Shown here: positions 24,992 through 37,633 of the stretch, piece after piece
Layout of the letters: each line of letters starts with the position of its first letter
How positions within the stretch are numbered: position 1 is the stretch's first letter
From: Hyphochytrium catenoides
Lineage: Eukaryota; Protista; Hyphochytriomycota
Direction: 5' to 3'
Length of the DNA stretch: 54,994 bases
Assembly: GCA_900088475.1 (NCBI GenBank)
Contig: FLMG01000291.1
Coordinates: 1-54,994, forward strand
Notes under the pieces: generated by a model
What the model was told of the DNA's origin: nothing
The model's database searches: none
The model's input: the letters and a program-made list of their open reading frames with translations, nothing else
Translations under genes and position numbers: made by a program

Positions 24992-27900
24992 ATGGGAGAC
25001 TCCGTGGCCCCGTCACCAGCATTCTTATCCTCTTCGTATCCGGTTATGGGCAAAGAAGAAACTGAGGTTCTATTAAGCTATGTGAAGCAAGCTAATGAGC
25101 TCTTCAGGTTGCAGCAAGACGGCGAAGCTGAGCTCTCGCGGTTATCCTTTCCTGCATCTGGAAGCCGACACGATAGCAAGCAGAGCGGCATTCCTTCGAC
25201 GCAGGAAAGACAGGGTCCCAGTCGGAAGAAGAGAGGGAATGATGCTGCAGAAGGACTCTGCTCTCTTGTGCTTCAGAAATTTCCCTTCTCCTCCTCACTC
25301 TTTCCTTGTGTTCATCTAGAAAGCAGTCTGAAGGCAGGGGGAAGAGGGATCGATGGTGAGTCAGCACAGAGAACGAGAGAGAAGGCAGAGATGCCTCAAC
25401 ATGTCGACCAGGCGCTTTGGATCTCGGAGTTCGAGCGCTTAGGTGGACTCACAGCCTTATATACTCTCCTACAGCTGTCGTGCTTTGGAGACGAGGAAGA
25501 AGGAGGTGCACGGTCTCTTCCCCTTCTCTCTCTTTTTACCCTGCGGCAGATGGCCTTCTCTGTGGTGTCTCTCTTACAATTCGTTGACAGTATGAGTGCA
25601 GAGTCAGCATGGACAGTCACTGAACAACTTCACGCTTCAGGTTTTGGCCTGCTTCAGAGGGCATCCCAATATTATGAGGAGAGAGAAAAGAGGACAGAGA
25701 GAGACTATCAGATTGATGAGAGAAAGCTGAGCGTGCGGGTTAGAACAGGAACCTTGTCTCAAACGGACCAGCCGGAGGAAGGAAGAGCAGTTGAAGAAGA
25801 CGAGGAAGATGAAGGCTGGACTCAAGACGTAGGAATCTTAGAGCTTTGGCTAAGAATGGTGGGGAAAACGTCCCTTCTTTCCTCTTCAGGACCAACTCTT
25901 CTCTCGTCGTCTCCGTTCCTGGCTTGTGGCGGCACTGCCTCTCATTGGATCTTATTTCTAGGCTGTAGCCTGGGAAGAGTAGTGAGAGCTTCTTTCGATG
26001 CTCTTTCTTCGTCTCTCTGGGTAGAGCTGATGCAGAAGATCCTGCAAATGGCCTTGCCACCAAAAGAGACGGAAGAAAGCCAGTTTCCCCTGGACCATCA
26101 CCGATTCTTCTTCTATGAAGGGAAAGGTAAAAAGAGAGACAAAGCAAAGAAAATGCTAGAGCTGTGTCCCTGTGTGGAGATGCTAATAGGAAGGCCGGTG
26201 GAAGAAGCTCTGCAACAAGGGGAACCGCAAAGTGGAAAGACACGACTCTCTCCACAGAGAACCAACACTCTCTCCAAGCTTGCCTCGCGCTCTCTCTCTG
26301 TTTCTGAAGAAGAAGGCACTATTTACCGGCGGCTAATGGATCTCTACAGTGGCTTAATGGACGACACCCGATTCTCTTCTCTCTTAGCAGAAGGAAGCGC
26401 AGACCAGACGGAAGATTTTTATGGCTTAGAGCAGCATGGAGACGGAGAAAAAGAAGACGTTCTCACTCTCGAGGGCATACTGGGGAACAGTCTCTTGCAC
26501 GACACAGTGGGCAATCTGACAACCCCAATGAACGATTTGGTGGTGACAGGAGTGAGACTCTCGCCTTGTGCGGAGGAAGACAAACGTAATATTCTTGAAG
26601 CGAACGCCTTCGCCACGAATCCTTCTATCCTGGCGCTTCTTTCTGCCGAAGAGCTACCTGAAAGACTGGAGAGAATCTATCTGGTCCTCCTAAAGTTAGA
26701 GCAACTGGTGCGGTGCGTAGTGAAGTATCTGAAGCAGCACTATGGCCCCGATAGTACTGAGAACGAGAGAGAGACATTCCAACACCAGAAAATAATAGCG
26801 CGGTTCTTCAACCGTGCGAGCCAGGTGACTCAGCTTCACGATAAGCTGTCAAGTGTACTGATGGCACACGGCTTCGATCAGGAAAGAAAGACTGAGTTGG
26901 TCCCGCTCTTTAGTCAAAGCTCGGAGAGGGAAGAGTGGACGCAAATCTGCCGAAACTTCCTGGAAAGGCCGATTCCGCTCTCAGATCCCACCTATGACGT
27001 TGTGCAGTCCATCATTTCGACGCTGCTGCTCCGCTCGTGGCTCCCATACGATCCAGCGTTGGATGATCCTCTCTTGTCTTCTCTCCTTCCACTGAAGGAA
27101 TGGGAGGGCGAGTTGGGCCCGCTAGGGATAGATATAGGATGTTTGACCGACGCTCTATGCGCACTGATTCCAAGGAAGACAGGAATCAGAGAGAGGATTC
27201 TTCTCGATTCTTCTCTCCTCTCTCATCTCTTGCGTCATGTCCGTCAAAGCCTCAACGAGGTCAGAGCAGTAGGTCACTATAAACGATCTTCAGACGCGGA
27301 GCTGCTGGGAGAAAGACTGTCTCCACTGCTCTTCCTTGCACGATCTCCTCGGTTCTATCCCTACTTGGAAAACCAAAGAGCTTTGCTCCAACGTCTTCTG
27401 GAAGAGATCGTAACCATGGGCATCACCTTCAGACGAAGGATCATCGAGAGGGCGCCAACATCCTCAAGGAAAGAATTTGCGGAAAGAGACGATCTTCTCG
27501 ATTCTCTTGACAATGAAATCCTCTGCCCTGCACTAGAGATTCTGCTCCGTCTCTTCCACTGGGAAGGAACTCTACTCCCAGGGTTTGTCCTAGAAGACCC
27601 TGTTCTCACCTTTATCTCTTTATGCAGCCCTACAGCGGAGGCTCTCCTTGACTACCTAACGGAGGCTAACAGAGAGCTTCCAGCCACTCTGCTTCATCGC
27701 ATAGGGACCTTCTTCAGTGGTAAGGACCCTATGAGCCATTGTGTAGACGGGAGACTGGAGAGCTTGGACTATCTCTTCAGAGAGATAATAGAGTTCTGCG
27801 CAAAAGCACTGAAAGACCTGGAAGAGGGAGAAAACGTCATGCAGGAAGAGGAAACCCTTCCTTCCTCAGGCGAGAAGGAACAGAGAGACAGAAGGGGAAG

Positions 27901-30900
27901 AGAGGATGTCCTTCTTCAGCAGATAGAGTCTTCCTTGCACTGGAGAGAAGAAATCCGTCGGTCTCTCTTTGTCCAGTCGTTGCTTTACTTGGAAGCAGTG
28001 TCAGTCTGGAAGTTGGAGCCCAAAGCCGCGTGGAGCCTCGTTGCCCGTTATAGCTCCAGAATCGATGCAGCGGGGGATGAAGCAACGGCTGTCCAGCCCA
28101 GATGCCGCGGAGGTGAAAACGGACTGTAGCGCAATTCACTCTTCCTTTCTTAGGTTTTTACTTTGTCCATGCAATGGCCTTGTGCCGCTTGACCATTATG
28201 GTCACCCATCTCTTGTTCTCTCTCTCCCTCTCTCTCTTCCCATTGTTCTCTTTTTCCTTTAGCTCTTCCCTCCATCTCTCTTTTCTACATGCTCTCTCTA
28301 TTTCCCTATGTCCACCATGAGGAACGGCACCTGTCTGCGATATGCTTAGTGAGGCTGACATACCGCACTGTCCGCGCAGAAAAGGAAGGCCCTCCGGTGT
28401 GGTGGAACCTCCACGACATTCACCAGAAACTTCTATCGCAAACGAGACGAACTTCTCGCTCTCCATTGGTGCAATACGATCGCTCCGAGTGGGTGCAATA
28501 CTGGGAACTGGAAAGAGAACAGAGCTTAGAAGAGACACAGAGCCTGCCGCCAGTGGTGTGGAAAGCTCGTTCTCTTCCTCGTCTTCCATTTGAGTCCTCA
28601 CGCTTTCTGGCGTCTCGGAGAGCCGCCCGTTATCCGGATCTACCCCTAACAGTTTTCTCCAAGGAACGAGTGGGCAATTGGAACACTGGCAAGCTGCCTC
28701 AGCTCAATCTTCATGGAGAGGAAGAGTACTACTACTTTGAGGTCAAGGTGCAGGCCACTCCCAAAGCGGAGGAAGAGAACGAGGAAGAGGATTACCTATG
28801 GCTGGCTTCCATCGGATTTGCCGAGGCGATTTTCTCTGAAGCAGAGGTTCCAGGCGCAAACGACACATTTAGGTGGTCCGTACACGATGTGTTCAACATC
28901 GGCTACTTTAGGTACCGCCCTAGACTCTCTCGTCCTCCTTCGCTCTCTCTCCTTTCTCTTCAATTCTTCGTAGCTCACTTCTTCTCCCTTTCCCCTTCCA
29001 TCTCGTGCGTTACTCTCCGCTGTTCCTTGTCTCTCCTTAAGGATGTCTGCTTTCAGTTAAGTCCTTAGGCTTCTTCTACTCTGACTCTCTCCCACTCTCT
29101 TCCTCTTTATTCTCGTTACGTTTGTTGTATGGTCCTTTGCGCCATGGATGTGTTTGAAGGAAAGAAAGCAATGTGCCTATACATGGGTCTCTATTCTCAG
29201 CAGTCGTCTTTTCCCTGCCTACTAATGCTCTCATTTGCCTGTTTTATCCCCCATCTTTCCTCTCTCTTACCCTCTGTGGTTGCTTCTCCCTGATAGTGAC
29301 GGCAACATCAACACATCCTTGCGAGAAGAGAAGACGATCATCTTTTACTCTCCTGAAGCGTATTACACTGAGGGAGACACCGTCGGCGCAGGGATAGACC
29401 TCAACGCACGGACTTTCTTCTTCACGAAAAATGGAAAGGTGGTCTTTCCTCCGACGGCTGAGAGCCTCGTAGGTAAGCCAAAGAGGAGGATGTGAAGGCT
29501 CTCTAGTCTGGTCGACAAGCAAGAGTTCTTATCCTATCCAAGTGTGGAAAGTAAGAGAGGGTTCAAAACTGACGCTGGCGGTAATGAAAGAGAACCATGC
29601 ATGGTTAACCCCTGAGAGAACATAGAGAGGGAAGCATAAGGATGGTGAAGGAGACAGAGCACTTGGCTTGGCGAGAGGGAAAGGGGTTGGGGGCGGAGGG
29701 AGAGAGAGAGAGAGAGAGAAAAGAGAGGAAAAGAGAGAACGCGATGCGTAAGAAAGCGCTGAGAGGCTTGCGGCGTGGGAGACGAATAGTGGCAGGAGTC
29801 ACAAATCGTTTTCACATTTCTCTTTGTTCTCTACGATCTGCTGACACACTATCGCCGATAACCCTTGGCCCTGTAGGGCTCAAGAGAAAGAGAGATGCTG
29901 AGGAACCTGAAGAGCCGCTTCCAGTCTTCTTCCACCCTTCTTGCAAGGTAGAGTGGCTCCACGGCGCGGTGGGTACGGAAGGACCCGTCGACCTGATTAT
30001 CAGCGGAATGGACGCGGAGGGAAAGGGACCGTGGGCGGATCCCTCGTCTTGCCCTCAAGCGAGAAACAGCAGCGAGGAGAGGGCTGACGATATGGACGTG
30101 GACGGAGACGGATCCGGCCGGGATCAGGGGAAGGCTGAGGTAGACGAGACCGACGATGATGCGACGCACTATCATCTGAATCATCCCAGGACAGAGTGGT
30201 TCCCCCATCTCCAGCAGTCGGAGATTGATAACTGGACCTATCCTGACGTGCACATAGAGAAGCTTGAGAGGGAGAATCGCTCCATCCTCTACGTCGCCAG
30301 CGATTTCCTCCCTCCACAGCTCACGCTAAGCCTACAGACAGACATGAACCAGCTGGGAGCGGGCTATAGCGCAACCCTAAGGAAAGCCCTCCGTCTTGAG
30401 AAAGAGATCTACAAGGGACAGAAAGTGGTGAACCTTCTTGATCCATTCCTCTCTCCTTATATTGAAGGGGTCAGCCTCCCGTCTGACCCTGCCAAGGTGT
30501 GTCAGCGCTGGGCAAGGGGCAATGGGAGACGATGGAGAAAGCCGTGGTCTCCATATCAACTGCTTCCTTCGGCTTTCTCTGTGTCTTCCGAGGGAGAGAC
30601 AACTATCCTCTCGGACCTTTCTCCGTGGGCACCAAAGGACCATTATCCATCGCTTTATAGCGATGTGGAGAAGCTCTTTTCTTCACTCCTTCCTCTGTTC
30701 GAGCGCTGCTGCGCGGACAGACAAGGAGAAGGAGGAGAAACCTTGAGAGGGAAAGAACTCCAAGTGATTGTGCGAAGTGCTGAGTATCCTCTCTCTCCAT
30801 CTCAAGACTCTGAGGGAGATGACTGGATAGCGACTGGTGTCCCTCAAGAGGACATTCTGGCAATAGGAATCTTTTTCTTCTCTCTCCCCCGTGGTCTGCG

Positions 30901-31594
30901 GTTTGAAGGTCTAGCCTTTCGACAGACAGTAGACGCGGACAACCTACTCCCTCAGCCTCCAGCTTTGACAGAGCAAATAACTCCGTTCCCTTACTACGCT
31001 GAGCACTCGACCATCATTCACAGAAACGCCTATTTCTTTGCTGATGGCTCTCCTACTCGTGCTGCTGACCATATGGTTGACAACAATCGCCGTTTTGTGG
31101 GCAGCTGTGAGCTAGAAACTGTTCCTGTCACTGAGGGGACAGCGGTGGTCTTCAGGAACAACATTCAGCACAGATTTCTGAAGATAACTGCGGATTCAGA
31201 AGCGGCACCATCTTCTCCGCTCTCCGTCAAGGCCCTCACTTTCATGCTGGTCTGCCCGCGTCACCCTCTGCCCTCTTCACTTGAGGTGCCACCATCGATG
31301 AACAGACCTTGGGAAATGTCCCTGTTCTTCATAATGGTGGCGCTAGAAGATGCGGCTCGCTCGTGTTCCCCTCCTCTTCAGCTGTCAGTGGAGCTTCTAT
31401 TGAAGATTGCAAGCTTTCTCTCTCCTCTCTCGTCAGAGTTGACGATCGAAAAGGTTCTGGAGCACCGAGCTCGGTTCGATAAAGAGCGGAAGCTCCTTTC
31501 GCTTGCGGACCATCAGTATGCAGAACTGACTCCAGATGGATGGTTAGACTGGAGAGAATGGATGCTTGAGGCCTATCGACTGCCCAGCTATTAA
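24992..31594 (+). CDS. Large helical-N-terminus + SPRY + DUF4246-like protein, paralog B (~1848 aa); exons 24992-28112, 28380-28911 (alternative acceptor 28350), 29297-29472, 29877-31594
   Basis: First exon is open for over 1000 aa and shares blocks with paralog A (GGLTALY, WVELMQK, MLELCPCV, LASRSLSVSEEEGTIYRRLMDLY, QSLLYLEAV..AAWSLV). SPRY and DUF4246-like motifs present, with the same three intron positions; the model totals 5547 nt in frame. Confidence 0.85.
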
Positions 31595-33186
31595 AAGTAA
31601 GGATGAAACAGCTGGGCTGGCTCTTTCTTGGAAGGAAGAGGTGCGAAAGACATGCTGACGGAGAGCCAGGAGAGGCTAGAGAAGGAGGTTCTTATACCTT
31701 CCCCTCTGTTTGCATGCAGGAGAGGAGATTTCTATACAAGTCCTAGGCGTGCATGGCGAGATAGAGTGTCTCTCTTGTTTCTTCCAAGGTCATCTCGGTC
31801 TGTCTGTCCCTCTCTTTCTCTTTCTTTCTTTCTTTCTCTTTCTCTTTCTGATCTTAGTGTCTGTTGTTCTTGTCTGGGTGTATGGCGTGTCACCTTTCGT
31901 TTCTTGTTGCCTCTTTTTCAAGCGTCGCATGCCTTTCAGAATGGCGAGCCTAGTCATTATTAATGTCAATTGAGGTGCTTGTAGAGACATGGGGTTGCTG
32001 ACTTTGATAAGCATGAGGAGCGGCTGGTTGCCACGCCGTGGCTGGGGCTTAGAACTGAGGACATCGTCAGGAAGGGAACGAGTATGGAACAGTAGAAGGA
32101 GGAGGCATCTTAGGAGATACGGAGAGAGAACAAAGGAGCAACATCAATCTATTAGAGGACAGCATCGGGAAGATGGGGGATTATCCCGTCGGCTCCGCTA
32201 CTACTCAGGATAGATAAGCGATCCCTCCCAATGACGCTTCAATCACATGGAGGCACGCGCCATGGCGCCCTTGCCTTGCTGCTGTCCTCATGCTAAGCCA
32301 CAAGCGACCTTGATATGCACAGTTGAGGTGTGATCAGACTATACAGAGCAGCGGGAGACAGAGTTGCTACCAATGCCACCATCCTACTCGTCCTTCTCGA
32401 GGGTAAAAGCCTCGCCACATCATAACTAGTCAAACTATCTAATCCAGAGCCCACCAGCCGCGCTCTGACGCAGATGGTGCCAGCGGTAGCGCCACGACTC
32501 CTATCTCATCCAGCCCTTCAGTAGCCATAGGCGGTAGCAAGCATCAAGCTCAATCAGTGGCCGAGCTCTGCCAGCGCTGGCCCAGCTCTAGAGGAGATCG
32601 GTCTGTGCCTCAGGCCTCAGACCAGCCAACAGCCATTCTGCTACTAGAAGACAGAGACAGAAAATCCTGGTTCATCCAATCTCGGTTGTCCCCAACAAAA
32701 TTCTCGGTCGTTGAATCTATATTCGTGTCTCTACCAACATTAATATCCTTTCAAATCCGGATTTGTCGGTAAGTTCGAGTTTGTTTTCAGTCACTCTTTA
32801 TTGCTTTCGGTTCAGGTGAAGAGTGGCGGGAAGGAGAAAGAGTTTGAAGTGCGATGACGGTGAGGAAGGAGACGACGGCCCCTTGTCACTTTCTCCTCTT
32901 CTCCTTTCTCCTCCTTCCTCTGTCTCCTCCGTTCCCGTGTGCTGGTGGTTCTTCCCTTGGTTGGTCACTTGCTCGCCCTCAACTTCAGCAGAGCTTCTCT
33001 TCCTTCCATTGAGATCGGGGCCCCCGATACGAAGACTGGAAGCGAGTGGGAGGACGAGGAGGCAGTGCCAACGCGCTAGGAGAAGAGTAGCTCTCACTTC
33101 CTCGAATCTTCACCTCTTTCCTCGCGTTCTTCTGCCCTGAGACGCCATCCATTCGAACCTCTGATGTCTAAAAAGGGCTGAGAGAT

Positions 33187-35137
33187 ATGGGATCGATAAG
33201 GGAAGAAGCAGATCCCAAGCAGCATTGTCGGCCCCAGAAGAGGCCGAAGAAGTCTTCATCATTGCCGCTACCAGCAGTGACTAACAATCTTGCCTCGCAG
33301 GGGCGGAGGAATGGTCAGAGGTCATCGTCGTCAACAGCTTTCACAGTCCTTACCAGCTCTGACCTTTTGGCCTACATCAGCGCACTCCAACGTGGCCGGA
33401 GGTACGCAGACTGGCACTCTGGCGATCAGGCTGCGGCCCGCGGTCATCTTAGCTTATTGAAATTGAAGAGGAGACAAGAGGAGGAACCTGCCCAGAGCGG
33501 TCCCGATGCTGAGAAATCATTGGATGGTAGAGGAGGCAAGCCAGTACCGCTTTTCTTCACTGCCAATGCCAAGAAATGGGCTATAAAGGCGCGCCANNNN
33601 NNNNNNNNNNNNNNNNNNNNNNNNNNNNNNNNNNNNNNNNNNNGAGCTAGCGGCGTCTTCCGGGCACCACGGCCTCGTTGCCTGGTTAGAAGCAGAGTAC
33701 CTCCACTTCAAGCCCAATTTGCAGACCATCATGGCTGCAGTCAGAAGTGGCGATGTGAACGTTCTCCGTTGGCTCTGTCAGCGCGCTGAGTCTTTCTCCA
33801 GTGACGAAGTACTACGGCTCATCAATCAGGCGATTGCATCGGATCAACTCAAAGCCTTGAAGTGGCTTGATGAGCGATATGGGCCTTACCCTCAGGGTGA
33901 TGTGCAGAGGCCCTTACTGACGGCAATAGTAAACTGTGTATCCGTGGACACCCTGAGGTGGGTCAGTGAACGCTACGGCCCGCGGCAGCTCTTCAAAGAT
34001 GAGGATGAGGAAGGAGATCTTATGACAGCCCTTGGATGTGTGGTCAGCCGCGGTAGCTTTCACGTCCTCTCTTGGCTCTTTGAACATGGTCGATACGGTT
34101 GTGTTGTGCGCAAGAAGCTGAAAGCCATCGTAGAGCTGGGGCTCTCGGAAGAAGTGCAGGAGATCTTAGACTGGGCAAAGGACGTCACAGGCGCACGATA
34201 TCCACTGCAAGATTCTGATCTTCACGAATGTACGCAGTCCTTCCTCTCAGAAGATGAGCTTCCAGAGAATCCGCTCCCTTTCTTGCAATGGTATCATAAG
34301 AGATGTCCCGAGCAGGCGCGGCAGTGGATTACCAATGATTTGATCTCTTCCGCATTAAGAGATAATGACTTAGAGCTCCTTGAGTGGCTGCATAGTCTCC
34401 AGGTAATGACAGATGAGAAGTTCTTCTCTAACTTCAGGCCTAGAGAACTATTGCGCAACCTCACAACGCCAAAGGGAGCAATGGTGCTGCGCTGGCTGCA
34501 TCGGGTCTGCCCACAGCGTCTTCAACGCACTAAACCTTCCAAGGATGACGCCACTCGGGCTGCTGGCAACTATAACAATCAGGAGCTGCTGCAGTGCATG
34601 GAGGATATTTGGGGAGGAGATGTGATGTCTTTGATTGACATTAGAAAGGCAATGCCATCGGCTGCTAGCCAATGGTCCGTGCGGCCTGTCCGCTATCTAC
34701 AGCAGCTTATGGACAGCGGTCGGATTACGCTTAAGAGACAATGCTCAACTGGTAGTGCTGCTGAGAGCACTATTGTCAGTGCTGCGAATCCTGGTGTAGT
34801 AGGATCATGTCAGCAAGAAGAAGGTGCGGATGATGCCTGGAAGAGAGTGGCCGTCATTAGAGCCACAAGATGCGGTGATGTACCAACGCTAGAATATCTA
34901 TGGCAAAGCAGTTACGACTTCAGTCGCGCGAGCAACGTTGCTTGCCGGCTGATTGCATACGGCTGCCTAGACCCTTCGGCCTTCCTTCTCTCCAAGTCGG
35001 TCACTGTGACAACTGTGGAGATGCTGAACACGGCAAAGCGGAAGAAGCAGTGGGACGCACTTTATTGGCTGGCCAAGACGGCGTCTCCGGCTGTCTATCA
35101 AAACTGGCTCTCTTCAATTTCTGGTGAGAGCCAGTAG
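33187..35137 (+). CDS. Intronless ankyrin-repeat-like protein, copy 1 (spans N gap 33597-33643)
   Basis: ORFs 33187 and 33719 join across the gap by colinearity with copy 2. Degenerate ANK-like helices: AAARGHLSLLK, AASSGHHGLVAWL, AVRSGDVNVLRWL, AIASDQLKALKWL, ALRDNDLELLEWL, ATRCGDVPTLEYL. Confidence 0.8.
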
Positions 35138-37633
35138 TACGTGCTAGACGATGGGCCTCCTCTCGGGCAGTTATTAGGAGGAGACGAGCATCTCTTCGAT
35201 GGGACTGCAGGGCAAAAGCGATAGATTGATTAACCCCAATGATGAGGGAGCAGCTCGTAGAGGGGCCAACGAGGAGATTATCATGGAGGATAAAGCTCTT
35301 CCTTCGACTAAGCTTTTCTTCTTGCTGGAGAGTCCATCAAGAAGGCCGGCAGGTGCAAACCAAGGACAGAGGATCTCAGCACTTACGGCTTCCTATGTGG
35401 AGAACGAAGGCAGCAGACCGTTACTCTCGTACACTTTGGTGTTGATCTACTATTGAGGGCAACGCCGCACTGATGGCGAGGACAAGGAGGAGTCGATGAG
35501 CTGCTGGCGTAGACACTACGAGCCCCAATTTCCCCAGGCTGTTGGAGCAGTCGCAGTCACCACGAGTTTCCCAGGTCCTACGAGCTCCTCAAAGAGCATT
35601 CCCTGGAGTTGATATGTTAGTCTTCTTCTGTCAGGATAGTGCTACTAGGAGCGCGGGAGCGGAGCGCCGTGGCGGTGGCGACTGTAGAGTTAGTTAGGGA
35701 CGGGGGACCTAGCGCGATCTTTATGTCTCTTGCTCGCCTAGTTCTCATTCCAGGCTGAGGTGACAATGGCTTCGTGAAGTGGGAAACAACCACGATCTCC
35801 TTCCTTTCTGTCTATGTATAATGTATCTATAAACCTGCTACCCGTGCTTTCTCATGCTTACCAGAGGTTGCTCATCGTATGATTGTCCCTCTTCGCTTGC
35901 CAGAGCGTCAAGCGGAAGATCTGCTTTCGATGGTTAGCTCCTCTGTTCTCTCATCTTCTCCATTACCAAGTCAGTCATCTTCTAGTATCCTAGAAAGAGC
36001 AAGGCGGTCTCCTATCATCTATCTTCACTCCATAGCATTGACAAATAGTCAGTGCTGACAACATGCTCCAGCTGACCCATCACTCGGAATAGGAGATGAT
36101 AATTTTCGCTTGGTTCAGGCAGCTCCGTAGTGCCAATTCCTTGTGTATGGATGGCTTCCACGGAGTGTCAAGCAGCTCTTTCTCCCCGCTATAGCTTCTG
36201 TTCCTTCCGTTCCCTAGCCCCGGGTCCATTGTAAAAAAAGCCGCTCCTTTGCCGGCATTCATAAGACGATTAGCACTCGACGTAAAGAAGAAAAAGCAGC
36301 GGCCTCAGGGACCAGGAAAGAAGCAATATGCTTTGGCGTGTCACAGATGCGTGCGCCTCGCTCGCTTGCCAGGGTGTTCGCTGGCTGGCTCTGTTGATTG
36401 TCAGCAAGCTTTCAACCTAGCGCTATTTTTTTAGTGGCACCTGCCATCTGCCATCGCCCACTATCAAGAAACTCGCTCCCATCACCCACTGCCTCAACCC
36501 CGTATCGTTGTTGTCTCACTCCTTCTCCTACCCTCAACTCCTCGATCCTTGCTTCTCCTGCTCTTCAGTTCTCACCAATGGCAGCAGCTTCCGGCCCTTC
36601 AGGACACTTGGCGCTCACATGCTCAGGAAGAGGAAAGAGAACGATGCAGTAGCAAAAGGAGACATAGTAGAGGAGAGAGAGGACATCGGAGTAACATGAT
36701 CTGTTAGAGGACAGCACAGGAGAGGAGGCGAATATCACGCAGCTCAGCTTTCTCCTGCTTCAATCACACGGAGTCACAGGCAATGGCGCCATTGCCTTGC
36801 TGCTGTCCTCATGCTACGCCGTAAGCGAACATGATATGCACGATTCAGATATACTCAGATTATAAGGAGCAGCGGGAGGCAGCTTTGCTACTAAGGCCAC
36901 TATCCTTCTCACCATCAACGAGCCCAAAAGCCTCGCCACACCATGAAGCACTCAAACTTCCTAATGCAGAACTTATCGGCCGCGCTCTGACGCAGATGAT
37001 GCAACCGGTAGCGCCACGACTCCTATCTCATCCAGCCCTTCAGTAGCCATAGGCGGTAGCAAGCATCAAGCTTAATCAGCGGCCGAGCTCTGCCAGCGCT
37101 GGCCCAGCTCTAAAGGAGTCTCTGTCTGTGCCTCAGACCAGCCAACAGCCATTCTAAAACAGAGACAGAGACTCCTGGTTCATCCAATCTCGGTTCTCCA
37201 TCCGGTCCCTTCGGTATTGATAATTATATTTGTATCTCTCACCATCATTGGTGTCTTCCAAAGTAAATCTCGGACCGTCTAAGCTTGTCTTCGGTCGGAA
37301 CTAACTGCTTTCGGATACACGATGAAGAGTGGCGGGAAGGGCGAAAACATTTTGAAGTGCATTGGCGGCGATCGCTGTTCCCTCCGCCTCTGTCTGTCGC
37401 CTTCGTATGTCGCCTTCGTCCTCTTCTGTCTATCTCACTCCGTTGTCCTCCCTTATTATCTCAACAGAACTTTGTCTTCCTGCCGTGAGAGCTGAGCACC
37501 GATAAGCAGACCTGCAGGAACGAGGAGCAAGGTTGTGCCACACGGACCAGGAGGAGTGATCCTCCTGTTTTCCTCCACGGTTCTTTCTTCCTTGTTCCCG
37601 CATGCCTCTTCTGTCTCGGGAGTGCTGAGAGTT

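Noticed and set aside
33517-33789. Apparent frameshift in ankyrin copy 1
   Set aside because: The frame change coincides with the N gap, whose length is only an estimate
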